Source: Azolla caroliniana
Lineage: Eukaryota > Plantae > Polypodiophyta
Reading direction: 5' to 3'
Length of the DNA stretch: 64,000 nucleotides
Assembly (NCBI GenBank): GCA_043228905.1
Contig: JBHGNT010000003.1
Coordinates: 13,454,001-13,518,000 of the forward strand
Numbering within the stretch: the stretch's first letter is position 1; each line of letters starts with the position of its first letter. Both the position numbers and the translations under genes were made by a program. Positions 49,901 through 61,695 of the stretch are shown piece after piece. The notes beneath the pieces are model-generated. The model worked only from the letters and a program-made list of their open reading frames with translations. It ran no database searches and was not told the DNA's origin.

Positions 49901-52382
49901 CATGTCAGGATATTCGGTTCAATTGGATATGTACATATTCCTAACGAGAAGTGGTAGAAGCTCGATCCCAAGTCGGAGAAATGTATACTCGTAGGGTACT
50001 CACTCGAGCAAAAAGGGTATAAGTGCTTCAATCCTTCGACCAAGAAGGTAGGACTGAGTAGGGATGTAGTATTCGACGAGTCAGCATCTTGGTATACAAT
50101 CGAATCAGCCCTATCTGGCATAGTCGAAATTGAGTTCGGCACAGATGCGGAGGAGAATGATCAACTGAGGCCCACATCAGAGGAAAGCCCAATCTCAACC
50201 AGGTTGAGTGGACCACAAGAGCCTCCAAGAGACCAAAGCACGTCGCGGCCAAGTCCAAAAGAGGACAAAGGAAAGGCCAAAATGCCTGAGTATGAAGAGT
50301 TAGTTGGAAATGAATTGACTCACTTACTCGACAATGAGTTTGGTAGATTGGATGTGCCCATCATGAGGACACTAGGAGAACCACGTCGATCCACCCGAAA
50401 AAAAAACGTGGTCAACTGATTCGGCTACAACGACTACGTGGCATATCATTATGCATTCATGATGAAGGTGTCGACAGTCTGAGAACTAGAAAACTATTCT
50501 AAATCCACGAGGACCCTAGATGGGTCGAAGTGATGAATGCGGAGATGCACACACTCTCCAAGAACGAGACATGGGATCTTGTCCCTACTTCAAACCACCA
50601 AAAGGCAATTGGATGCACAATGCTGACGGCACTGTCCATCGGTACAAGCCGGCTTGTGGCGAAGGGCTACACGCAGACGCATGGTGTTGACTACGAAGAG
50701 ACCTTTGCCCCGGTGGCAAAGATGACTACAATTAGAACTGTGATTGCGCTAGTAGTAGCAAAAGGGTGGCATCTCCACCAAATGGACGTAAAGAACGACT
50801 TTCTACAAGGTGAGTTAGACGAAGTGGTGTACATGGTGCAACCACCCGGATTCGTGTCGATTGCACATCCAACTAATGTCTGTTGACTCAAAAAGTGTCT
50901 CTACGGCCTCAACCAGGCACCGAGAGCATGGCATTCGAAGATAACGCAATATTGGCGTCAACATGTCCAAGTTCGACAACTCTTTGTTCATCCGGAGCGA
51001 CTCTAGAGGAGAGGTATTTATAATCATTTACGTGGATGACTTGGCCATAGGAGGAGAGCATTTAGCGGATATTGAGCACATCAAGAAGCTCCTCTCCAAC
51101 TGATTCAAAATGACCGATATGAAGGAGCTCCATTACTTTCTAGGAATAGAAGTAATTCAAACTCTAGACGGCATCATGCTTTCTCAAAAGCACTATATCC
51201 TCAATCTTCTTTACAAGTTTGGGATGACACAGTGTAAGCCCGTCACTACTCTTGATCGAAATCTAAAGCTAGATGCTAACTCAAGCACTAGGGAGTGTGA
51301 GCCGATGCACTATCGTCAACTAGTCGGAAGCCTCATCTACCTCACAATTACCCGACTCGACCTGAGTTACCCGGTCGACCTTCTTAGCTAGTTCATGCAA
51401 ACTCCACGAGACATCCATCTCGATTGTACTAAGCAAGTGCTAGGGTATGTGAGTGGAACCATGGATTTTGGCATCCTTTACAAATCGGCCACACCGATAC
51501 GACTCGAAGGTTATACCGATGCCGACTGGGCCGGCTAAAAAATCAACCGACGATCAACATCCGGATTTGTTTTTTCTCTCGGCACTGGCACCATATTGTG
51601 GAGTAGTAAGAAACAGTCCACAGTCGCACAGTCGAGCACCAAACCCGAATACAAGGGCGCGGCCATAGCCACATGTGAAGCCGTTTGGCTCAAGAGAATC
51701 TTGAAGGATCTAGGCGTTCCCATCAAGGATCCAGTTTTCCTTTACTGTGACAACATGAGCACTATACACCTCGCTCGGAACCCAATCTTCCATGTTGGGA
51801 CCAAGCACATCAAAGTGCATTATCACTTCATCTAAGAGCGTGTTTTGGTTGGAGATGTCAACCTGCAACACATCAACACAAACCTGCAAACGACCGACAT
51901 CTTCACCAAGGCCCTGGGAGTTAACAAGCTGCGGAAGTTCATGACCGACCTGGGCCTTTCGACCATTGACCAGCCGAGCTTGAGGAGGAGTAAGGAGTAG
52001 TAGGACTATGTCGGGCTAGAGTCGTCTCAAAGTCGACCCGAACCATCTGATGATCCGACGAACGGAAGTTGTATTTGAAGGGGCGTGTTGAGATTCATCA
52101 AGCTCATCTTCCTGTGAGTGGGAACACACACTACTAGGATACTCAAGAGTGTGAACACCCCACCTCCTTGTATAGTAACTAGTGTGTCATAGAAGTTAAT
52201 GTCCTATGACACATATTCTTTAAGTAGTTAAGACACGACCTCTTTCTGAAGAGGCAGTACTAATGAGAGAACTTAGAGACAAGGTGACTACATAAGCACC
52301 CTCTCCCTCTCTTTGTAGTAGGTGGTTATTCTTGCTTCCCTTGTAATACAGTTTTCTGATTTTCCGTAATCGTGAGCTCTCT

Positions 52383-52419
<37 letters not shown>

Positions 52420-52466
52420 CACACACACAATTCTTCCGCTGCACAGAATCCATCCAATTCTTTACA
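46924..52466 (+). mobile_element. Degenerate Ty1/Copia element E (related to C and D); 5' LTR not adjacent
   Basis: PBS TGGTATCAGA at 46924; gag (EKLDRNNFASWEYKMHQYL), protease, integrase, RT and RNase H fragments with many stops; PPT TGAAGGGGCG; 3' LTR 52086-52466 (TG...CA). Confidence 0.9.
47589..48336 (+). repeat. Solo LTR (748 bp) with GAATC TSD and a 60-bp internal tandem repeat (~47690-47885)
   Basis: TG...CA termini; GAATC at 47584-47588 and 48337-48341; interrupts Copia gag REN|PPS. Confidence 0.9.
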
Positions 52467-53140
52467 AGTATAGAGGCACCACCGTCGCAACTTGTGAGGC
52501 GATATGGCTCTAGCGGTTGTTGCAGGACTTACGAGTCGAAGTTCCCACTCCGATTATGATCTACTACGACAACCTCAATAGCATGCAGCTAGCCAAGAAC
52601 CCCGTTTTCCATGCTCACATGAGCATATAAAAGTGCACTATCACTTTTGGGTGAGCGGGTCCTGAGCAGTGAAGTCGAAATCCAGTACATTCGAACCGAT
52701 CGGTAGATAGCTGATGTCTTCACGAAGGCACTCGGATCAAAAAAGTTGCAGCACCTTGCGGAAATGCTTGGTATCTAGCACCTCGATGTGCCACACTTGA
52801 GGGGGAGAGCTGCTAGGAAGGACAACCGTTGTGATGATGACCTGGAGAAAGAGCCAACTGAAGGCAAGAGGAGAGCCGAAGAAGAAGCCAAATCGATTGA
52901 GGAAGTCGAAACATCTGGTGGAGCCGTATTAAGCAGCAAAGGCAGTAGAGTCAAGAAGGACAGAGCCGACCAGAAGAGAAAAGTCAGGACCAAGACACGG
53001 TCGGACATGGTCAAGGGCTTGAAGTAGGAGGACGAATTGGAGACAACCAACTCAAACAAGAGCTGGAATGAATTGGAGATAGTCGATTCGGTCAAGGAGT
53101 TTGATTCATGAGAGCCGAATCTTATGAAGGCCAGGCAGAC
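52467..53140 (+). pseudogene. Copia RNase H fragment and charged 3' extension (element H)
   Basis: YDNLNSMQLAKNPVFHA..HIKVHYHF and ADVFTKAL motifs with stops; tail homologous to 53794-54192 on the - strand. Confidence 0.75.
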
Positions 53141-54323
53141 TGTAAAGTAATATGATTGCGGACGCTTTGACAGAATCGGTTACATCAGATAGCAACAGAG
53201 AATAAAGACACAAGTTTAATGGAAGTCTTACACGGGAGGGACAGAGAGAGCAGAACAGTAAACTTAATTCAAAATAATAACACTCTATACATACAATGTG
53301 CTTAGTGAGCACTTTTATACAAGTCCTTACATGGATTGACAGAACCACTAACATGTAATTCAATGCTCATACGAGCGACTGAAATTGACTCCCAAAAATA
53401 TGCCTACATACTAGGCTAGATTTGTAGGCCATTAACGGCCTACCGGTTACAATCCGGCTCTTCTCTCCGATCTGCCTTCTGGTTCCGGATACCGATTCGG
53501 CTCTGGCTTATTCAGCCGATCCGGATCCGGTTGAGCTTGTTCGCTCAACACTCCCCCTCAAGCTCAACTTGAGGTCGGATCCTAGTGTCTATGTCTGTGG
53601 TAGCCGGTCCTCTCCTCCGGCTCCCCTTGGCATCCTCCTGCCTTGCTCGTGCTCCTCGTCCGATCCGGTTCTGCTTCCCGGGACACGTCTGATTCTGCAC
53701 ATCTCGACCTTCTCAGTCGGCTTGTCTGCTCCTAACGCCCATCTCAGCTCCTTTGTTGTTGTGACTCCGGTGTGTCTGGACCTATCGGTTCCTCTATGTC
53801 AGTGTTAAATTCCATTGTCTCCTTGGCCGTTTGGCGTTCAGTTCATCCAGCTCCTCCGAATCAAACACCTCTTCTAAACGGATTGCTTCTGATTCATTCC
53901 AGCTCTTGTCTGAATTGGTTGTTTCCAATTCGTCCTCAATCTTCAAACCCTTCACGACATCAGACGATGTCCGTGTCTTGGTCTTCCCGACTTTGCCTCC
54001 CCCTTTTTCGGTTGGCTTCAGCTTGGGCTCTCCATTCCGGTGGATCCCCCTGCGTCCGGTCTCGACTTCTTCAGACGTCCCGTGCACTCCGACTTCTTCA
54101 GTCGGGCCGAAATCGAAATCGGTTTCCAACTCGGCTTTTCGGTCCTCTTCCTCATTCCTCCTTTCATCATTCCTCCCCATCAAGTTCGGCATATCGAGGT
54201 ACTACACACCCAATGCACCGGAAAATTGCCACAACTTGTCTAAGCTGAGGGGTTTGGTGAAGATGTCGGCCACTTGCCGATCTGTCAGAACATGTAGTAG
54301 TTCCACTTCACCGGAGTGAACGT

Positions 54324-55727
54324 TGTCACGAAAATACGACGAGGATACGTGAACTTTGAGGCAGGACCCCGGGGCCTCCGACCGGAAGATATCAGATTTG
54401 TATGATTATATTAAACAATTAATACAAAATGATAAAGATTCACAAATTTCATTAATAAAGGGAAAGAAAGATTACAATTAATCCCAAGATTGGGATTACA
54501 AAAATTTGCTAATGGAGATGACTAGAGTAATAGATTAGAAGAAATGAAATATGGATTTAATTAGAACATTAGGGTTTTTAGCTTCAATTCAAAAATTAGG
54601 GTTTTTGAGTTTTATGGCTCTGATTAGGAAATTAGGGTTTATGACTTCCGTAAGGAAATTTAGGGTTCTTGGCTTCGATAAGATAAGAGAGCTCCGAAGG
54701 AAAAGAAGAACAATATAATATGGAGAGAGCATACGAGTATAGGAAAAAAAATGGAATTATATATGGGGTTCCTCGTTGATCATATGCCTCCACTTTTTGT
54801 TGCATGGCCTCTACTTTTAGTTGCATAGCTTTTCTTTTCGTTGAATCTATTTTTAGTTGCATGGCTTTTTCTTTAGTTGCATGCGACCGTCCACTTGACC
54901 TTTACTTTAGTCTCTTTTACCTTTCTTTAAATAGCTACATGATCCTTTTATCCGTTCGATTTGCGTCCAACCTCGTACGGTCGCCGGTTCCACCCGATCG
55001 CCGAATCCCTCGCTAGCCGGTTCCATTTTTCTTGCCAGCCGGTTCCGGTTCCGGTTTCGGTTTGCTTGCCGGTTCCAGTTCCGGTTTTGCTTGCCGGCCG
55101 GTTCCAGTTTTGCTTGTCGGCCGGTTCAAATTTGCTTGCCGGTTTTGGTTTTGGTTTTGCTTACCAGCCGGTTTCCGGTTTGCATACCAGTTCCGGTTCC
55201 GGTTTTGCTTACCGGCCAGTTCCGGTTTGCATACCGGTTCCGGTTCCGGTTTTGCTTGCCGGCCGGTTCCGGTTTGCTTGCCAGTTCCGGTTTTGCATAC
55301 CGGTCGGTTTTCGGTTTGCACACCGGCCAGTTTCCGGATTTGCTTACCGGACCCGTTTTCCGGATTTGCTTACCGGTTGGTTTCAGGATTTGTTTACCGG
55401 CCGGTTTCCGGATTTAGGGAATTTGGCCACCATCATCCATCAAGACAAAGTGGCCAAAGTGCTCTTAGAACAAATGAAAAATGAGGGAGCTCAAGGTGCT
55501 TATATAGCCAGGGCCTTAAGTTTTCTATCTATGTGGGATAGTTCTAATTTCTCTATCTTCTCAAACTTTATTTTCACATAACTTGATATGTATTTCTCCA
55601 TTTTGTATATAGTAAAATACATTTTTAAGCTCTTAAGTATATCCATCTTTCCATAGTAAGCTACTAATCTAATCTATAATAATTATTTCATTATTTTTTT
55701 ACATAGTGTGTGAAGATTCACACGACA
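54324..55727. repeat. Solo LTR (1.4 kb) with 4-bp ACGT TSD and a CCGGTT-rich minisatellite (~55010-55410)
   Basis: TGTC...GACA termini; ACGT at 54320-54323 and 55728-55731; removal restores the RNase H frame EHVHSGEV. Confidence 0.85.
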
Positions 55728-56053
55728 ACGTGCTCTCAAACAAAATGATAGTGCACCTTGATGTGATTAGTCTGGGCGTGAAAGACGACGTTCTTTGCCA
55801 ATTGATTGTTGTTGAGGTTATCGCAATAGATCGTCGGCAGATCAAACACCTCCACTTGCAGATCGTTTAGGAGCCTCATGAGCCATATGGCTTCGCATGT
55901 TGCAACAACCGCTGCTTGGTACACGACCTCTGTGCTCGACAGTGCTACTATTGGCAGCTTTTTACTGCTCCAAGCGACCGCGACGCTTTATAGTGAAAAC
56001 GCATAGTCGAATGTAGACCTATGGTCACCAACATTTCCGGCCCAATCGGCATC

Positions 56054-59000
56054 TGTCAGGAAGAGTACTAAAGCAGAGATGGAATTAGTACTAAGAAGAG
56101 TAGTACTATTAGTACTAAGAGGACGGGACTGCGTAAGATTCCCGAGAGAGAGGAAGTGAGAAGAGTAGAGAGAGAGATAGGATGATGATAGCAGCTCTTA
56201 TATTATATGAATTGTAAGTACAAATCGGCTAAGAGGCTTAAGACTGGTGTTGAACCAATTTGGTTCAACATAATGCCTAGTGCCCTCTTTTATAGTGTTC
56301 TCAGGAATAATCTTGAAGCTTCTAGAATGTTCCAGAGAGATCTGGAATATACATCAATTTTCTATGATAAAGCATAAATGAAAATAATATCCTACGTATT
56401 ACAATTCATAGTCTAATGGTAAGAGCTCGACCCATATAGCATAAGGTCATGGGTTCGAGTCTTGCCATATCATGACACTATCTCCCCCTTAAAGACGACG
56501 AGTGGAACGAGTCGGTGCTGATTGCAGACCGGGTTTGTCCGGATACTTTCGATGAAAATCAGCAAGAAGATCTTGAGCATTGGCAACATGCTCGACGGGT
56601 TCCCAAGTATGTTCGCTTGGACTATAGCCGAGCCAATCGACCAAATAATAAAGTTTGTTGCGAACAAGTTTGGAATCGAGGATGGCAGCAACTTCATACT
56701 CTGAGCCGGCGTCCAACTCCAGCGGGGGCGGCGGTGGTGTCACACGATCGGGAATGGTGTTTGCTTTATAAGGTTGAAGAAGAGAACAATGGAAAACCGG
56801 ATGTATCTGAAGCTACGGAAGGTGACATCATTAATCTTACCCGTAATACGGAAGGGACCAAGTCGTCGATAATCCAACTTGTCGCACGGTCGAGTAGTCT
56901 TGATGTGACGACGTAAGAGCCATACTCGATCTCCGATGGCAAAAGAAGAGGGAATCCGATGACGATCCGCATAAGTCTTCTGTGTGTGTTGAGCATGACG
57001 AAGGTGAGTAGAGAGATCCATCTGGATCTTGCGTAGCCTCTCCAAATGATCCTCGGCACGAGGGTTGGTAGGTAGCTCCGGAGTGTCGATCACCGACCAG
57101 CGAGGATGGAAACCGGTATAAGCAAAAAATGGGGAGACCCGAGTCGAGGAGTGAATAGCATTATTATACGCAAACTCCGCAAAGTGGAGAATCTCGGCCC
57201 CATCGTCCTGTTGATAACTCAGGAAACACCGGAGATATTGCTCTAGCGTTTGGTTTGTTCGTTCCGCCTGCCCATCGGTCTGAGGATGGTAGTCGGAGAA
57301 GAGGTTGCAGGAGACCTTGAGCATCTTGAAGAGATGCTGCCAAAATTTGGAGACAAATTGCGGTCCTCGGTCACTGATAATACTGTCTGGGAGGCCATGA
57401 TGCCGAAATACCTCACGCATAACAAGAGCGGCGGTTTCCTCGCTAGTGATGGCTTTAGTACATGGCACAAAATGTGCCATCTTCGTATATCGATCGACAA
57501 CGGTTAGGATTGCATCGAACCCCTTCGAGACCGGCAGATCTGTGATAAAATCAAGACAAATAGACTGCCACGGCTTACTTGGAATCGGTAAGGGTTCCAA
57601 CAAGCCATATGGATGGTGTCGTGGCATCTTTGCTCGGCAGCAAGCATCACAGGTCCGAACGTAGTCGTCGACAAAACGGCGCATGTGGGGCCACCAAAAA
57701 GATCGTTGCACTAGCTCCAACGTCTTAGTACTACCAAAATGTCCCGCCGTATGGATGTCGTGACAATGTTGGACGATTTGAAGGAGACAGGAGCAATCGG
57801 GGACATATACGCGCTTTTTAAAGAATAACAAACCATCATGATATTCGAATTGTCGGTAGTCAATACCTGGTTGTTGAGACTGAGAACAGGATGCCCGAGA
57901 AGTATCAATGTGCGCCAGGATGTCTTGAGCAAAACTATCCGTCTTCAAGGTTGCACGTATGTCATCAGTAATCCGTGAATCCATCGGGGTGTGAAAAATC
58001 CGCGTCGTGTGCAATCGTGTTGGTCCCAAGATTACTTGCTTTTGATTATCAAATGTTGCGTCACCAGGCCGAGGTGCAAGATATGAACGCCGTGATAGTG
58101 CATCTGCTTTTCCTTGCTGCTTCCCCGGTCGATATGTGATTTTGAAGTCGAAACGCGTGAGGAATTGCGCCCACCGAGCTTGCCGTCGATTTAGTACGCG
58201 AGCGTTCTGAAAATAAGCAAGATTTTTATGATCGCTAAAGACAATGACCTGATGTGGAGAGCCCTCTAAGAAATGTCGCCATTGTACAAATGAATCCACG
58301 ATGGCTAATAACTCCTTGTCATGTATTTCGTAGTTGATTTCTGCGACATCGAATTTGCGCGAATGGAAAGCCACCGGATGCAACTCTTCTTTATCGCCTT
58401 GTTGAGAAAGGATGCTACCGAGGGCGAAATCTGATGCGTCAGCCTCCATGATGAATGGTTTGCTTGTATCCACATGAGCTAGAATCGGTGCTCATGTAAA
58501 GGCTTTCTTAAGATGCCGAAAAGCCATATCTGCTTCTATGGACCAAAGAAATGCTTGGCCCTTCTTCGTAAGTTGTGTGAGAGGTAAAATAATCTTCGAG
58601 TAATCCTGTATAAACTTACGGTAGAAGTTAGCAAAACCTAGAAAACATTGTACATCTCGTACCGACCGTGGAATTTGCCACTCTAGTACAGTTTGGATTT
58701 TAGCTGGATCCATGGCGATGCCCTTTGAGGAGATGACGTAGCCTAGAAATTCCACTTGCTTGCAGTCAAAGCTACATTTTTCTAGCTTGGCATAAAGACC
58801 ATTCTCGCGGAGTCGCTTTAGTACTAATAGTACATGAGAATCGTGCTCTTCCTGGGTCTTCGAATAGATCAATAGATCATCCAGATAAATGATCAAGCAG
58901 ATATCCAAGAGGTCTCTGAATATATCATTTGCCATGTGTTGGAAGACTGCGGGTGCATTGGTTAGGCCAAACGGCATAACAGTATACTCGAAATGCCCAT

Positions 59001-61695
59001 ACCGCGTGCGAAAGGCGGTCTTCCACTCATCTCCCGGTCGGATCCGCACGAGGTTATACGCTCCTCGTAGGTCGATTTTAGTAAAAAACATGGCACCATT
59101 AACTCGCTCTAAAAGACTTGATATAAGAGGAAGTGCATACCTATTCCGGATGGTGACTTTATTCAATCCGCGGTAATCAACGACAAGACGAAGTGAGCCA
59201 TCTTTCTTCTTGACAAAGAAGATGAGTGCACCGGCTGGAGATTTCGAATGGCGGATGAACCCGCTTGCCAAGTTCTCCTCTATGTAGGCTCGAAGGACTT
59301 CTAACTCGGTGGGTGACAAGTTGTAAATTGGTCCCCATGGTGGCTCGGTTCCTGGTTGTAAATCGATGGGACAGTCATAGGGACAGTGATGAGGAAGGGT
59401 ACCGGCTTTTACCTTGTCAAATACATCGGCATAAGGATGATATTTTGTTGGAAGTTGTACTGAGGAGTCCTTCTTAATAGTGCTGGAAGGATGTACTGAT
59501 ATTGCAAATAGGAACATTGCCTCCTTGGGTCCTTCTTCGTGTAGTTGATGGAGTGAAATGGTTGAAACTTGGTGAGTTGATTCTTGGGGTGGTCGATATT
59601 GGACTTCTCTTGTTCTCCAATCTATGGCTGGATTATGTAATTCAAACCAAGGTAATCCTAGGACAATGGGATGCTCTAGACTACTAATTATATTAAATGA
59701 TATTACACACACAAAACTACCTAGGACAACTTGAATGGGTTCTGATTCTTCTACAATATTCTCGGAAGCAATGGGACGACCATCAATGACTACTACTGAT
59801 GCAGGACAAGGAAGTTTTCTTAAGGATATCTGAGAAGCTTGGGCAAAATTTCGATCCATGAAACAGGAATTAGCTCCGGAATCTAAAAGTGCTAGGACGG
59901 GTACTGGGGGAGTACTTTTAGTACTAACAATGACTTGGGCTAGGAACACATTGCTACCTTGCTTGGAAGGAATGGAACCACTAATGGGCTGTATAGATCT
60001 AGGGTTGCTATCCAACCAAACAGCTCTTATTTTGGCTGGACTCAATCATTTAACTCTTCATCTAATTGACTAAGGATTTCAAATTTATTTGAGATACTTG
60101 GGCTATTAGTACTATGAATACTATCAAACACTCTATTAGTATTATTAATACTATCAGACACTCCTAAGGGAAGAATTGACTCGGGTTTAGTACAGGCTAC
60201 AATTTGATTTACCTGTCTTCTTGGCCTATGGGGACAATTGATTGCGATATGCCCTGGTCCACCACAATAAAGACATAATCAATTTGCACGTCGTCGTTGC
60301 TTTTCTTCTTCCGATAACGGGCCGCATCGACGCATGGTATCGATCTCCATCGGTGTCAAAGTATTTGCTTGAGGTATGTCTCGTGCAAACGGTCTAGCCA
60401 CGACTGCGGCGTAAGTGGGCTCCGGCCTAGCGCGTGGTATCTGTAATTGACGTTCCGAACACCGTTCGAAGAGGCGGTTGTCACATCGGACCACTCGAGT
60501 GATTGCCTCCGTAAGAGACTTTGGTTCTTCGGGGAAGGTTAGAAGTAGATCTTTGACATCATTTCGCAGGCCATAGCGAAACTACTCCATTAGTGCTTGA
60601 TAATCCTAGGGTATGTCGGAAGCGAGTAGGCGGAAATCCGCCGCGTAGGCAGAGGCTGGACGATCGCCTTGACGCAATCGCCGGATCTTGTTGATCGCCA
60701 TCCTGATGTTGTCGGTGTCTCCAAAGCAGGCTTTGAACTCACTAATAAAATCTTCAAAGTTATTAAGCAAGGGCGATTGTTTTTCTAGAAGCGGAGCAAA
60801 CCATGCTAAGGCTGAGCCGCTAAGCAACGTGCCTATTAAGCCGACTCGGGATGCATCAATGGGGTATCGGGAAGGATGCATTTGGAGGACTAATCGTACC
60901 TGATTAAGGAATCCCCTGAATTGCGATCACGTTCCATCAAATTTCACAGGAAGTCCAATCTTCGGCTCTTTATGAAATCCTTGGGGACTTGATCCTTGTT
61001 GTTGCAATGCCGCTTCGAGTTGTTGCACCCGTAACGCTAACTCCCCATGTTGTTGCTGCGTTTGTTGCTTTTCTAGAGCGATTTGTTGCAGATCCCCTAT
61101 CAGCCGTTGGTTTTCTTGTTCCAGGGCAACAAACTTTCTTTTAGGCACTGTAACTCGGAGAAAACGGATTAATATTCTTGGGCGCTAACAGTAGCCATAG
61201 TAGAGGGAAAAGGGTAGGAGGATGAGGGAGAACGACAAGTAGGCTGGAGGAAAGAGAAAATTGGTTCAAACTGTCAGGAATAGTACTAAAGCAGAGATGG
61301 AATTAGTACTAAGAAGAGTAGTACTATTAGTACTAAGAGGACGGGACTGCGTAAGATTCCCGAGAGAGAGGAAGTGAGAAGAGTAGAGAGAGAGATACGA
61401 TGATGACAACAGCTCTTATATTATATGAAAGATAAGTACAAATCGGCTAAGAGGCTTAAGACTGGTGTTGAACCAATTTGGTTCAACATAATGCCTAGTG
61501 CCCTCTTTTATAGTGTTCTCAGGAATAATCTTGAAGCTTCTAGAATGTTCTAGAGAGATCTGGAATAGACATCAATTTTCTATGATAAAGCATAAATGAA
61601 AATAATATCCTACGTATTACAATTCATAGTCTAATGGTAAGAGCTCGACCCATGTAGCATAAGGTCATGGGTTTGAGTCTTGCCATATCATGACA
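56054..61695 (-). mobile_element. Full-length Tcn1/Tf1-like Gypsy chromovirus J
   Basis: 424-bp LTRs 56054-56477 and 61272-61695; TSD GCATC; PPT AAGGGGGAGA; no tRNA-type PBS. Confidence 0.95.
56489..61198 (-). pseudogene. gag-pol: gag and pol of element J, disrupted by a few stops and frameshifts
   Basis: Gag (PKIGLPVKFDG, ALAWF, LRQG, PMEID, CLYCGGPGH); protease LLDSGA; RT YLDDLL; in-frame TGA at 58492-58494; RNase H, integrase and chromodomain (YEVAAILD..YLVDWLGY..TWE). Confidence 0.92.

Noticed and set aside
54961-55581. Overlapping 100-200 aa ORFs on both strands
   Set aside because: They arise from a stop-poor CCGGTT minisatellite inside a solo LTR.
56402-56470. Functional tRNA gene
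   Set aside because: A/B boxes are present but I cannot fold convincing acceptor and anticodon stems; kept only as a tRNA-like module.
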